Assembly (NCBI GenBank): GCA_051294375.1
Contig: CM119266.1
Location: forward strand, 22,015,875-22,079,874
Origin: Paraspadella gotoi
Lineage: Eukaryota > Animalia > Chaetognatha
DNA: 64,000 nt
Reading direction: 5' to 3'
The notes below the pieces were generated by a model that searched no databases, was not told the origin of the DNA, and worked only from the letters and a program-made list of their open reading frames with translations. Positions 39,756-52,432 of this stretch are shown here, in pieces; positions within the stretch are counted from its first letter, which is position 1; every line of letters starts with the position of its first letter. The position numbers and the translations under genes were made by a program.

Positions 39756-42700
39756 ATGATGGAAGAAGACCAGGGACAAGGAGTGCCCATTCAGTCGCTT
39801 ATAGAAGCGGGGGTAGTGGGAATTGCTTCAGGTAATTCATGACGATTGCTTCGACTATTATTTAAGTCTATAATTGTTTTAATTTTCTATGTTAACTTCA
39901 GGAGAAGATGCAGGAGCAACTCATCAACTGGTTGTTCAAGGTCCAGATGGGAGCCAGCAAGTCATTATGATTCAAGGCGAAGGGGGACTGGATGAAATAC
40001 AAAATTATCTTGCCGCCCTTAACAAAGACGCTGGGCAGGTTAGCTAATAAATTGTTTGTAGTTTGCCTATGAGTTTGAATTAAAAAGAAATTGAATTTTA
40101 TTCCTTAGGAAGGAGCACAAATCGTTGATGGGCAAGGAGTAGCAATGATTTCATCTAATACCGAGTTCGCTCAGGTAACGTATTGTTATTGATATTTAGA
40201 AAAGAAAAATTAACTTGATCTGTTTAATTTTGCCTACAGTTCAATGTTATGAATACCGAGGGACAAGAAGGAACCTCAGAATCCATGGAAACGGATGCTC
40301 CTAATCATGATGCGACGGCTGCGAATATCGCGAGTATTTTGGGAGAAGGTAATTTTTCGTTACTCTGTTATTTTAGCAATGAATTCTCATGTTTTTTTTC
40401 TTAATTTTACATTTGGTTTCGGTTCAGCTGGACGAGGTGCTACGGTAACTTATACAGAAAATGGCGGAGCTATCATTACTACGGCGGACGGCACCGTTGT
40501 TCAGACGCAGCAGTCCCTGCAAGAACTTCAAAAGCATTTGGAAGGCTCTGAGAATGGAAATATTGTTCTTGTCCCACCGGACCAGTTACCGTCAGGTAAC
40601 TCATTTAGAATTGTAAATTTTAGTACGATTTTATATTAAACAATAGGTTACTATCATTTTTTTTTAGTAATGATTTAAATAATAAAGATCGTTTACCATA
40701 AATATCAGGGGTAGATGCTGGAAATCTACAAATTGTCCAAACTTCTTCGGGCCCCCAACTCGTCCAAACGGCCTTGGAAAGCGGTGAAGACGGAACTAGT
40801 CAATTGGAAGAAAGGGGTGCCGTCGTTCCAGTCACCTCTGCTCCCGATGAATCCGACATGGAAGAAGGATTTATGCCGGGGGAGTCGCAACAGGTTTGTG
40901 CGTCATGTCACCCCGTTTTTATCGCGATGCGTCGAGAATCAAGATGCCCCCTAAAATCCGTAAAATAACCTTTTTTTTTTGGTGGTGGGGTGATTTCACA
41001 GGTTCAGATCATTCAAGATCCTTCCGGAGGTGGGCAGACTATTCAAATTTTGGACGACCCCGACGGAGATGGTCAACAAATCGTGCTTCAAGAAGAAGAC
41101 GACGATATTGAAGAAAAAGAAACGAAATTCGCCATCGCCCAGGCTGCTGCCGCTGCAGCCGGTGGAAACTCGGAACAATCGGTCATTCTGAACGCTGGAA
41201 ATACATATCAGGTTCGAAGAATGAATAATAATAAATGCCTGTATTATTCATGGGAAAGCTTGTAATGAAAGAAAATTAGAGTCAGTAATATTGCTTTTTA
41301 GACTGTGACAATCGTTCCAAGCGAAGTCAATGAAAATGGGGAAGTTTCCTACGTTCTTATCGTTTCACAACCGGATGATGGGACAAAAACGGAAGATGAC
41401 GAAGATATGGATATGTCCATCTACGATTTCAAGGTTTGTCGAACTGGATTTGATTGCTGTTGATATTTTTAAAGCACAGGCGGTCTATTAACTTTAAAGT
41501 GCTACCAATTCCTTACTGACATTAGGATGAAAACCTTCAAGCGGATGAAGATGGCGTCGTGCGTCGAATGAAAACTATGACTACGAAGAAGATCCACCAT
41601 GCTCAAGTAACTACGACACGAATTTTTTGCTTTTACATCAATGAGATTTTACTTGTCCTCATTGTCTTGATTGCAGTTGCAGACGCAGCAACTAATGTGC
41701 AACTATTGCAATTACACATCACCGAAGCGCTATTTACTAACACGACACATGAAAACGCACAGCGAGGAAAGACCCCACAAATGTGAAGTGTGCGAGAGAG
41801 GATTCAAGACTCTCGCCTCATTGCAAGTATGTTCATAAAACAAAAAATTCGCATTTTTTTCCTTTGTCATATGCTATATAAAGCGATTGTTTTCAGAATC
41901 ACGTGAACACACACACCGGAACCAAGCCGCATCGTTGCAAAGAGTGCGAATCCTGCTTCACTACGTCGGGAGAATTAGTGAGGCACGTTAGATACCGTCA
42001 TACCTTCGAGAAGCCCCACAAGTGTCCTGAATGCGATTACTCTTCCGTAGAGTTATCTAAATTGAAGCGTCACATTCGCTCTCACACAGGTATGAAAACA
42101 TTTCTAGGTGTTGGAAGTGCTAAGGATGAGACGTAGTACGGGAAGGGATGTATTGGACTAGTGCGTTAGATACAAATTTTTACCTAGTGTTTATATTGAC
42201 ACAAAAAGGAAACGGGATTGTAAATGTAAGGTGTTGGCATTCTGATTACTGAAAAAAAGTTCAAGTTTGATTTTTAAAAATTCGTGATGATAATTTAGTA
42301 CTTAAGGAAAGATGATTTTTTTATTTTATTTCAGGCGAGCGACCTTATGCCTGTCCTCATTGTTCGTATGCGAGTCCAGACACATTCAAACTAAAACGTC
42401 ATCTGCGGATTCATACAGGAGAAAAACCTTACGGTAAAACATTATTGAAGAGTAATAATCTGTACTAAAATAACTCAAATAAGTCGAAAGTCAATGTTAG
42501 CCACTCTGGGTCTTTTGCTGATAAATTTATTGTAAAAATTAACGAAAATCATTACTTGCTTGTATCTTATAATATAATATAATATCTTATAATTTATATC
42601 TACGAAAAGTAAGGATCTGCACTCTCTTTTTGAATATAATAGCCTAATGTGCTTTGAAGAAATCTTAAAATATTTTTTTGTAGTTTTAAATGGGTGATAA

Positions 42701-44977
42701 TCGGTTCAATTTCCAGAGTGCGACGTTTGCCATCAGCGTTTTACGCAGAGCAACTCCCTTAAGGCGCACAGACTTATTCATTCCGGAAATAAACCTATTT
42801 TCAAGTGTGAGCTGTGCCCTACAACGTGTGGACGAAAGACTGATTTAAAAATTCATGTTCAGGTAAGGAATCCAACTAACTAAGAAATTAGAATCATTCA
42901 AATTTACCGGATTTAGATTCTCTAACCTAATTCTCTAATTTAGAAACTTCACACTTCGGACAAGCCATTGCGATGTAAACGTTGCGGTAAATCATTTCCC
43001 GATCGTTATACTTATAAACTCCATATGAAGACGCACGATGGTGAAAAATGTTTCAAATGTGATCATTGCCCGTATGCTTGCCTTACCGAACGGCATCTCA
43101 AAATGCATCTTCTCACGCATACTGGTAATTCTTAAAATTGTTATGCTTCGGCATAATGATAGCAGATAACGCATTTGAACATTCATTACAGGGGAAAAGC
43201 CTTTCGAATGCGACGAATGCGACCAGTCATTCAGACAGAAACAACTTCTTAAACGACACAAAAACCTTTACCATACTCCCGACTATCTGCCAAGACCTCC
43301 GCGGGAAAAGACGCACGAATGTGGAGAATGCGACAAAGCTTTTGCTCATAAAGGAAATCTTATACGGCATTTGGCAACCCACGATCCAGAGTTGCAGGGT
43401 TAGTAAAAATGAGAATAAATCAAGAGATGCCGACTTGATCATCCGGCTGTTATTCCGTCTATTTTTTACTATTAATTTATTTGAATTTTGTTTTTAACTT
43501 TTTTTTTCAAAGGTATCATAAAAGAAGAAGACTATGACGACGATTATTCATCGGAAGAAGACACCGACGACGAAGGTTTGGGCAAAAGGCGCCAACAAGT
43601 GGTTCACTTATCTCAAGTCGCCGGCGAGGGAGCCGTTCCGCAGGGACAGCCGATTTTGCTTCAAATGGAGTTTTTGCAACAAGAAGGCGAGGGGACTAAC
43701 GCTGTCGCGGAAGGTGGTCAAGTTGTACGGAAAGTTACTCGGCAAGCGACTCTTCAGACGACGCCAGATGGTCAACAAATCATCATCCTTCAGGTACATG
43801 ATTGGTTTTTTCCCCTAACTTGAACCCTTACCCATCTCTGGAAAAAAATATAAAATCGCCTTTTTCCTTTTTTATATTGTAAATCTGTAATCACTTTGTA
43901 AAGAGTTTGTAACTATTTTATATCCAACTAGGCTGAGCCGGATTCTCCGACTTCCTCTCCAAAAAAATCTCCTGGCGGCTCAACTAGAGCAAGAGGGCGG
44001 CCGCCCAAACCGTCCGTAGAGATACCGTTAGGAGATGGTAAGCACCTAATTGGCTTGTAGATTTTGTAATTTTTCTAAGTGTTAACTGTGAATTCTTAAT
44101 TGTTCATGCTTACAGGATTGGAGTTATTGGACGAAGCTCAAGAGGCAGAATTAGCGGCTTCCATCGAGGGTGTCTCCTCAATAAGTGACGATATAGGTAG
44201 TGCCAACACTGGGAGACGTGCTAGGATGAAGGCTGCTGCAGCCGAAGATGATGCCGCAGAACTGCAGGTATTATTATTTAAAAATGAGTTGACAAGATGA
44301 AAATTTTAATGAAAACTTTTTTAGCTACTAGTACGTAGTACTAATTTATCGGAATTATTTGCGGAATTATTTTTTACTGACAGGCATCTATGAGCGAACA
44401 AATGGTTACGGTAAACGGCGAAAGCGGGCTCATTACACTATCCGGATTAGAGGGTGAAGATGATGACGATGAAATGGGAACCGAATTAAAAATTGGTCCG
44501 GACGGTACGATCGTCGGCGGCAGTACAGGCGGTCTTCGCCATCAAGTCGTCGCAGCCGAGGACGGAACCGTTACTCTCGTCGTAACCGAGGACGTAGATG
44601 AAGACGATGAAATGCCAGGAGAACAGTATGTCATTAACAACGGTGAGTTATACTTACAATTTTAAATTTATGAACATAATATTATTTTTACATGTTTTTT
44701 TTCTTTTTCTACAGAGGACGGCATGATCGAGATTCGTGTTAAGGACGAACACGCGTCCCAAAGTGGAGATTCCTCAGCTGCTAGCGACGTGCTGTCAGGA
44801 GTCACAATTGGCGCAACGGGCGCGCGAATCGTAACTCGTCCAACAGCAACTAATGACATTGAGGACTGCTTTGGATTTGATGAAGACGACGACTCAGCGC
44901 CCCAAGTCGCCCTGATTGGGGCGGATGACGACGACGACGACGACGACGGCGCAGACGATGCCGCTGAAGTTATGTGA
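39756..44977 (+). CDS. CTCF: CCCTC-binding factor (insulator protein), ~1066 aa, 11 C2H2 zinc fingers, 20 coding exons
   Basis: Exons 39756-39831, 39902-40038, 40109-40174, 40240-40348, 40428-40595, 40709-40893, 41002-41211, 41302-41433, 41526-41606, 41677-41826, 41897-42089, 42335-42433, 42717-42862, 42944-43124, 43192-43398, 43513-43793, 43932-44037, 44116-44267, 44384-44642, 44715-44977 (3201 nt, in frame). Diagnostic fingers [81 protein letters not shown]; N-terminal YQTVTIVP...GEVSYVLIV and SIYDF. Confidence 0.97.
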
Positions 44978-44996
44978 ATAATAGTCAACAACGGAA

Positions 44997-45007
44997 AATA
45001 AAATAAA
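44997..45007 (+). terminator. Candidate CTCF polyadenylation signals (overlapping AATAAA x2)
   Basis: AATAAAATAAA ~20 nt after the stop codon; another AATAAA at ~45371. Confidence 0.4.
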
Positions 45008-46335
45008 GAAGTTTATCTAGAAATTCGTTAACTTTTATTGTATGACTAGGTCGTTTCATAATTAGTTAATTTAAATTTTTTTCTGTTTTCCTACCAAATT
45101 TTGTGGTAGGTAAACAACATTCTTGCTAAGTAAAATTTAGTCTCACTAATTGAGCGATGGAATTAAGTATGTAACATAACATTCTCTGAACGGGCATGAG
45201 GCATACTTCTCTACGTTTAAATTATGCAACCATTTGTGCATTCCTGATTGTGAAGCCGTCTAGAATTAAAACTTTGTTATTGTTACTTTTCTTTGCTATT
45301 TGGTTAATTATCCTCTTAAAACCCATTTAGTATTTTTTATTGCGGCGTTTAATATTTACATGGTTTTTAAAATAAATGTAGTTCTCACTACAAGGAAAAA
45401 GTTATGTATTTACTCAATTACTGGTATAACAATTTTCAGTCGAGGCTTATCCCATGAAAAATGATTAATCCTGCTCCCCTTTACCAATCATTTTTTCCCC
45501 TCTATTAACTTATTTCCAAGTGTACCTACATCAAAATAGTTTTTGCTATGGCTTCTGACTTTAAAAATAATGATATTCATGATAGGACTTTAGGTGAGAA
45601 CTAGAATTAGAAAATTTAAAAAGAAAGAAATTGGGTTGAGGTTAAATAATAACGGTTTAAAGATTTATGTAGGGATTGTTAGAATATAGCTAGAAGTATA
45701 TGCTCATTTTGTATTCAATCTTAAAAATAGTTTAGTACCTTAACTTATCCAGTCTAAAACTTTAATTCAAAATTTGTTTGTTGAAAATGCAATGGAGGAT
45801 ATTAAAGATGGTGAGCCAGTAAGAGATGAATATAAATAATAGAATCCAATCCGAATCCGCTTTTATCTCGACCGGTGACTGATATGAATAATTGAATATT
45901 AAATATGCCTCCACCGGAGGATCCGGTAACACGGGTATGGCTCCATATGCCGTCTTGATTTGTCGTCGTTGGGCTAGGAAAGAAGGGAGTGCAACTTGAT
46001 AAGGCATTTTTGGTTTGTTACCCGAGTTTCGAGATTTTAACATAAAATTCGCTTAAAATTGCCGCTCCTCCTAGTTATGACCCAGTTCGCTTTCAGTGAC
46101 CTCAACATCTTGAAGGAAAACTTCATGAAGGAAAAAAGCTTAATTATTCCGATATTGTTGATCCAGTAAACCAAAACCCACTAGTATAAACTTCTTTAAA
46201 CCATTCTTTAATCGAACTTTTGAATTTATTTTTCACATTCAAATGGTCCATAGCCATGTGTCGCCAGCCTTGAAGTTAAGTTTATTAAAAGTTATTAAAA
46301 GTTGTAAGTTTACTTTTAAAATTTTACATGAAGGA

Positions 46336-46545
46336 CATTCAATAAATAAGCTAATCTTGCCCCTGACTTTGGACAGGCTTTGGTGGTAAAGGCCTCCATC
46401 ACTCTTACAAGATGACTTAAGGCAGGTCCCTGCAAGCTTTCAATCAAGACTTTCTCACAGTCTCGTTTATTCCTTCCCAGAATACCTGGCTTCCCTATCA
46501 ATGAAGTGGTATAATATTTCAAAGAATGTTTCAATTGTATGAAAA
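46336..46545 (-). mobile_element. ~210-bp dispersed repeat, copy 2
   Basis: Reverse complement of 3464-3673; accounts for ORF 46316..46534. Confidence 0.85.
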
Positions 46546-47042
46546 AACCACTCCCTTTAGATCAGCAATTAGATCAGCATTCATTCAGCAATCATTCAGC
46601 CTTACGACATTAATGCGATCCCGGTAGCATAAGGCGAGGATTCTTTCTTATATCAGTAGAAATTAGATATGTATAAAAAAAAATAATTTTTTTAAAATGC
46701 TTTGAAAATAGGAATAGGAAGTAAGAAGTTGGAACCGAACAAATTTAAGGGTATTTAACTAATTTTTCCATTTTTACTTTTTTTATTCCATCAATTTTTT
46801 TTCTTTTCGTTTTGCGTAGCGTAGATTCATTGTATAGTGGCGTTATCAATTACACCTACGTTGAACGTAAATAAACAAGATTTCCATAGCAACGAAAAAA
46901 CATTCAGTCAGGCTAAGTTTTAGCGTAGACGAAACACGGAGGCAAATTTTCTATTTTTTGCTTTTAAGACTACTCAGCTGTTAAGTTGGCTTTAGTTTAA
47001 AGTTTTAAGGACATTCTTATCCGAGTAGTTACGACGAGCAAG

Positions 47043-48209
47043 ATGGCATCTTCTGAGAGTAGCGAGCAACATAGAAAGCTCTTTATCGGAGGTTTAAGCT
47101 ACAAGACGACAAAGGAAACCCTCCATGAGTACTACGAAAGCTGGGGCGAGCTCGTGGATTCAGTCGTGATGCAGGTACTCATCAACCATAAGATAGACCA
47201 AACCATGAGCGCCACTTTGCAATAAGATATATCATTTGCTTTCTAGGACAAGATGACAGGAAAATCCCGTGGCTTCGGCTTTGTCACCTACCGTCATGGA
47301 GAATCTCTCGAAAAAGCTATGAGCGAGCGTCCTCACGAGATTGACGGCAAAAGAGTCGACCCAAAAAGAGCCATACCGAAAGAGATGGGGAAAGACTCCG
47401 GGAAAATGGATGCATACATGAGCGTGAAGAAAATCTTCGTCGGAGGGATCAGAGACAAGCCAGTGACGGAGGAAGACTTAAAGGCTTATTTCACTCAGTT
47501 TGGTGACATCAAAGACTGCGTTATTATGACCGACAAAACTACGCAGAAGAGCAGAGGATTCGCATTTGTAGTATTCGACGATTATGACTCCGTTGATAAA
47601 ATCGTCATCCAAAGATTTCACGTGATCAACGGTGTGAACGTGGAAGTCAAGAAAGCCATCCCGAAGGAAGAAACGACTTCAATGTCGGCGAGACCGGTCG
47701 TGTATCATTCGAGCGGAATGATGAATTCCAGACCTATGCCTCATTATCCAGGAACATATCAAGGTATTTCCTAACGGTATATCATATATAATTAAATCTC
47801 AAGTTGACTTCCTTCTAACATTATCATCAGCATATGGCCATGGAGGATGGGGAAGTGGCGCATACACCGGGACGCCTCTAATGTCAGCTTCGGCTCCCAA
47901 CATATACGGATTTTCTGGCCCCTACCCGACGACGCCTTCTGCTCCTCCCTATGGCGGTTACAACCCGAGAGATCTACCAACTTATGGAGGTGACTTTACG
48001 ATTTCTTAGTCTCATTTAGTAAATGATGTTGTGCTTTTGATTATCAAGCGAGTTATTTTATCGAAGGTATGGGCCAAAGCAATCCGCGAGTAGGAAACCT
48101 TGGGACACCCAACCCATATCCGGCGTCGGCGATGACGAATGCCGTGTCTTACGCAGCGAGCGGTGGAAGTGGTTTCGGCAGCAACGTTTATGCATCCGAA
48201 AGACGCTGA
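47043..48209 (+). CDS. HNRNPA1: hnRNP A1/A2-family RNA-binding protein (2 RRMs + low-complexity tail), 316 aa, 4 exons; symbol is family-level
   Basis: Exons 47043-47174, 47247-47763, 47831-47989, 48067-48209 (951 nt). RKLFIGGLS / SRGFGFVTY / KKIFVGGI / [20 protein letters not shown] match the hnRNP A/B RNP2/RNP1 motifs. Confidence 0.92.
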
Positions 48210-48929
48210 CGTGGCACCTGAACGAGGGTTGCCTCAAAGCTAGTGTAGTGATATTTAAAAAAAAAACTAGTAACGCCGTTAAGTAATCAATTGCTTAGTT
48301 AAATGATTATTATCGTTCACTCCGGAAAGCTTGCTTTTTTCTTTAGTGATTAAAAAGTTTTTAAATATTGTAATCAGATAAAAATTCAACGAAGTGTGAC
48401 GAAGAAACAAGCAGTTTTCCTGTGAATAATATTGTTCTTGATGCTAACTATTTATATTAGATATAAATCGACCATTTTTTACAAGTGAAATTAGCTTAAA
48501 CTAGTCAAAATTCTAATTACGTCTTTCGAATTATAAAAACTTGCAAATTCCTGTGAAAAAATATTGTAATAATAATAACAAATCTAGAATTTTTTTATAG
48601 AGAATGAATATCTTTTAATCTGTCTTGTATTAATAAATACCCAAGTTTTAAAAGATATTTTTTGTTTGTCTAGTTTAGTATTTAAGTTAGACGTATTGAA
48701 AATACTTCATGATTTATTTAAACACGACTTCAAAATTACAATCGTAATTTTGTCTTTCTTTCTCTGACTAAAGCAGCAAAATTGAAATCGTCCAAGGAAA
48801 AGTTTTGGGCGGAATGATGAAGGATGTCGATGTCCTTTTTTCTCTTTTTGCTTTTTGTTGGACGGACGCTGGTTCCCCTCCTCGATCCAGCCTGCAAATC
48901 CTGGAATGCTTTGATCTAAAGCCTCAAAG

Positions 48930-49877
48930 TGGAGAACCACAACATGGACTACCGTCTCCTCGCTCGCTCCCTCGCGTCTCCTCCTCCGCCGCCTCCTCCT
49001 CCACCACATCCTTCACATCCTCCACCTCCACCGAAATTCGGCCTCACACAAACTCCCGTTTTATCAGCCCCTTTTATTTTCTATCTCTGACTCAGGATCT
49101 CTCTCTCTCGCTCCTGTTTCTCGCTTTTGGACGCTTTTAAGCTGGATCAACTCAGGACTTTCTTCCCCACGTTTTTTTTTGTCCTTTGGATTTCGCTTCC
49201 GTGATCGGTTGGCGGGGGAAAGAAGCGCATTTGCGACGAAACATCACCAGTGATTCTCCGATTCTTACGTTCGCTTTCTCCACCGCTCAAATCATTTCCC
49301 GAATTCGGACCCAAAACCCGTCTTCGTATCCCTATCAATTTCATATCAACTCGGAAACACTTTTTGAAAAGTTTATGAAAAATTTGTTTTTCATTGTCTA
49401 CATTAAGGTTAGTTAAAGGGAGAACTTTAACGGTTAACCTGAATCTTGCTGCATTGGGAACGTATATTAGAATTTCTGAAGTTTGGTTCGCAGTTCGAAC
49501 GTGTCATTCAGTATAGAGATGTATAGCTATAGGTGAATTAGAGGTGATTACGGGATAGGTAGGGTAGGTAGGTAGGTTTTACCAAAATCGAATATGCGTG
49601 TTAAGGTTAAAATTAAACCAAGGGGCACTAGTAATGCTAAATGTCAAAAGCGGAGTTACTTAGAAAAATGAATAAAGGTTAAGTGAGCAGCGAAAATTTT
49701 TCGGTGTGTTTTTTCGTTTTTGGGTAAAGTGGTATAACTAATATTTTGTACACCTTATGGCTTATTTCCAGAAATTGTTGTTATGCAAAATCGAAAATGT
49801 TATCAGCATTAAAATTTTTGGATTGGAATCATGGAAAACCCGGTCAAGAACCTCATTGTGCGATCATTTTTGATAAG
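48930..49877 (+). promoter_or_regulatory. Probable promoter and non-coding 5' exons, likely of the BTB gene
   Basis: CpG/(TCC)n-rich segment resembling the CTCF first exon; donor AAG|GTTAGT at 49408; candidate exon 49772-49877 (ttccag| ... AAG|GTAAGT). Link to the BTB gene is inferred. Confidence 0.4.
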
Positions 49878-50863
49878 GTAAGTTATCATTCTAAATTATC
49901 CAAATTCGATATCTAAATTCCTAGTTATTATTCCAAACTAAATAATTGTTTCCTTATTTATTGTTTCTTATGTTTAAGATTTCGAATTTTTAAGTTGAAA
50001 TTATTTAATAATTTTGATTATAAATTTTATTTCTTATCGTCTTTTGTTAATTGCTGATTAGTAGTATATCCGTATAACTTTATCGTTTTCCCCTTTTTTG
50101 TACTCAATAAACAATTACACAATTACACATATCGTCAATAGGAGACAAAATTTATTGTTACAATGAGAGAGACAATTTGCTCAATTTTGAACCTGAGTGG
50201 AGGGGGTTATTTACAGACTGGCTTTAACAGTACAATCGGCGATCCCGGAGTTGAATACGCTCTGGAGGCTTATGGAAAAACGAAGATAAAGACAAAAAAA
50301 TAAGTTGGTTTCTTTATAAAAAAATATTTAAGACCGTAACAACAATTATACTAAAAATGTTAATAAGCTTCACGGGCGAAGGATTTTTTTTGGTTGCTTT
50401 TGATAGATTTACAAATTAACAGAATTTTATATAAAAAAATATATAATAAAAATAACAAATATTAAAAAAATATGATATCTGAATTCCTTTATTTTTTTTG
50501 GAAAAATTATTCTTTTCCATTATGTTTTTTTCGTTCTTCTTTTACCGTTAATTCTTTAAGAAAAACTTTATTCTTCATTTTTCATATGCTTCCAGAGCGT
50601 ATTGATCTCCAGGAATGCCGTAAAATCTATATGAAAGTGATTCCTTGTAGTATCATAATTTTGGAACTGGTAACGTTCATTAATAAAAGGTTGAAAAAGT
50701 TTTTTTTGAAAAATCAGCAACAATAGTTTCCCGAGCTTACATAAGACTAGTAGCAGAAGTATAATTCCTTTATTAAATTAGATAAAAATATTGAAAAATA
50801 TATATTTTATATAATATAATTTATCTAATATATTTAATCAACGGATTTGTAAAAAGGCTTAAG

Positions 50864-50972
50864 TGGCGGCTAAGGGCCTTCTAGCTTCTCATAAGGAAGG
50901 TACCGGGTTGAAATTAAACCCGTTACTTGGTGGTCAAACACAAGCTAATGGCTTCACTGAGTCATAACTGGA
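50864..50972 (-). mobile_element. Degenerate fragment of the tRNA-derived SINE-like cassette
   Basis: GGCGGCTAAGGGCC...TACCGGGTTGAAATTAAACCCGTTACTTGGTGGTCA...AGCTAATGGCTTCACT aligns to 52274-52380. Confidence 0.65.
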
Positions 50973-51749
50973 AGGGTAGTTTAATGGTAACAGTACGCAA
51001 TAGGGTAGCGTGATGAAAAGATTAAGCGACTTAACAATATTTTTTTGCTGCCTCCGCATATGTAATTAAAGAAAATCATGCCTTTTAAATTTTTTTTATT
51101 TTATAAGGATAATACGTTATTGTTTTCCTTTCCTTTAAATATATTGTATTTTGCTTTTCTGTTCCCGACACAATATAAACAAAATATTTTTTGTATTGGA
51201 TAATCATACTATCTCGCATAAAAATATTATTGTTAATTGACTCAAATCAAATTTTTGTTCTTAAGAGCTCCACTCTAGTATGCAATGCCGGTTAATACAT
51301 AAAATTAGCTGACCATTATAATAAATTAGTGAAACAAAAAATAAATCCAGATTAATATTTTTTTGATTTATTATTAGTTCAGATCCGGCATAGTTTGTGC
51401 TCAAACTTTTGTTTTTAGGTTTTTTCGTCAGTTTACTGACCTCGACAAAAGCAACGACGACGTTGTCGATCACGATGATGGCGACGATGATATTATTTAA
51501 CGAACTGATTGATTGATTGATTAATTATTGCAGCTTGCATTTATATTGAATATAAAAAGAAAAAAAAGCATAATCAAGTAGTAAAACAGGTTTTTACTTT
51601 TTTTAATTTAAACTCATTTCCACTCATACGATTCCATCGAAACTTGATTTCCCGCTCAATTTACTACTCATTTTAAACAGTTTACTACCATCACCCCATC
51701 CACTCATGAGTAATTGGCATATGGGACGGACAGATGAACGGACATCAAT

Positions 51750-52432
51750 TTTTTTAGTCGGATCTGCTTTCAGCAGATTCCGACTGTATAATTCACTTTT
51801 TCGGTCTGCCCCCCTAATCTTGTCGGGCATTCACATATATCATGTCAGAATATCGAATAAATTATGCTAAAAAACGATGTCCGTCTGTCTGTCCATCCGT
51901 CCCACCTTAGCAAAAAACTTCAATTTCTCGTGATTGGATGGATGAATTTGAATGAAATTTTGTGTGGGTAGGGTAGTGGCTGATTGAGTTGGATATAAAA
52001 TTTCGATGGAATCGTGCGAGTGGAAATTAGTTTAAATGGAAAAAACAAAAAAATCTATTTCACTATTTGAACGCCAATTACTCATAAGTGGACTGGGCGA
52101 TTAACTAGAAATTTTGTATGTGGGTATTATTAATCGAATAATAAATCAGTTAATTTGTGGATAAGGCGCTAAGTGGGCTGAAGATGACTATCCGTAACTT
52201 CTATAACCCCCTCTAGCAGCCATGGAATGGTCCTGGGCTTGGAACCAGGCTTGAGGGTTTGCCACACCCCCAAGGCGGCTTACGGCCATCCTCACGCTTC
52301 CTGCAGGGTAGTTACCGGTTTGGGATTGAACCCGGTACCTAGTGGTCATGAGCTGATGGCTTTACTCAAATGAGCCACCGGGTCACAAATGAAAGTGTCA
52401 TGCTTAAAGTGAACCTAGGCAATGCCTGACTA
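51750..52432 (-). mobile_element. Full-length Helentron-type non-autonomous element (HINE/DINE-1-like) containing a tRNA-derived cassette (52162-52385)
   Basis: Subterminal inverted repeats GTCGGGCATT (51822) and AATGCCTGAC (52421); terminal stem-loop AGTCGGATCTGC-TTTCA-GCAGATTCCGACT next to a T-tract; (GTCY)n microsatellite at 51878-51903; duplicated core AAATTTTGT..GTGGGTA (51955, 52109). Confidence 0.7.

Noticed and set aside
46316-46534. 72-aa ORF
   Set aside because: Lies in a dispersed repeat whose other copy has indels breaking the frame
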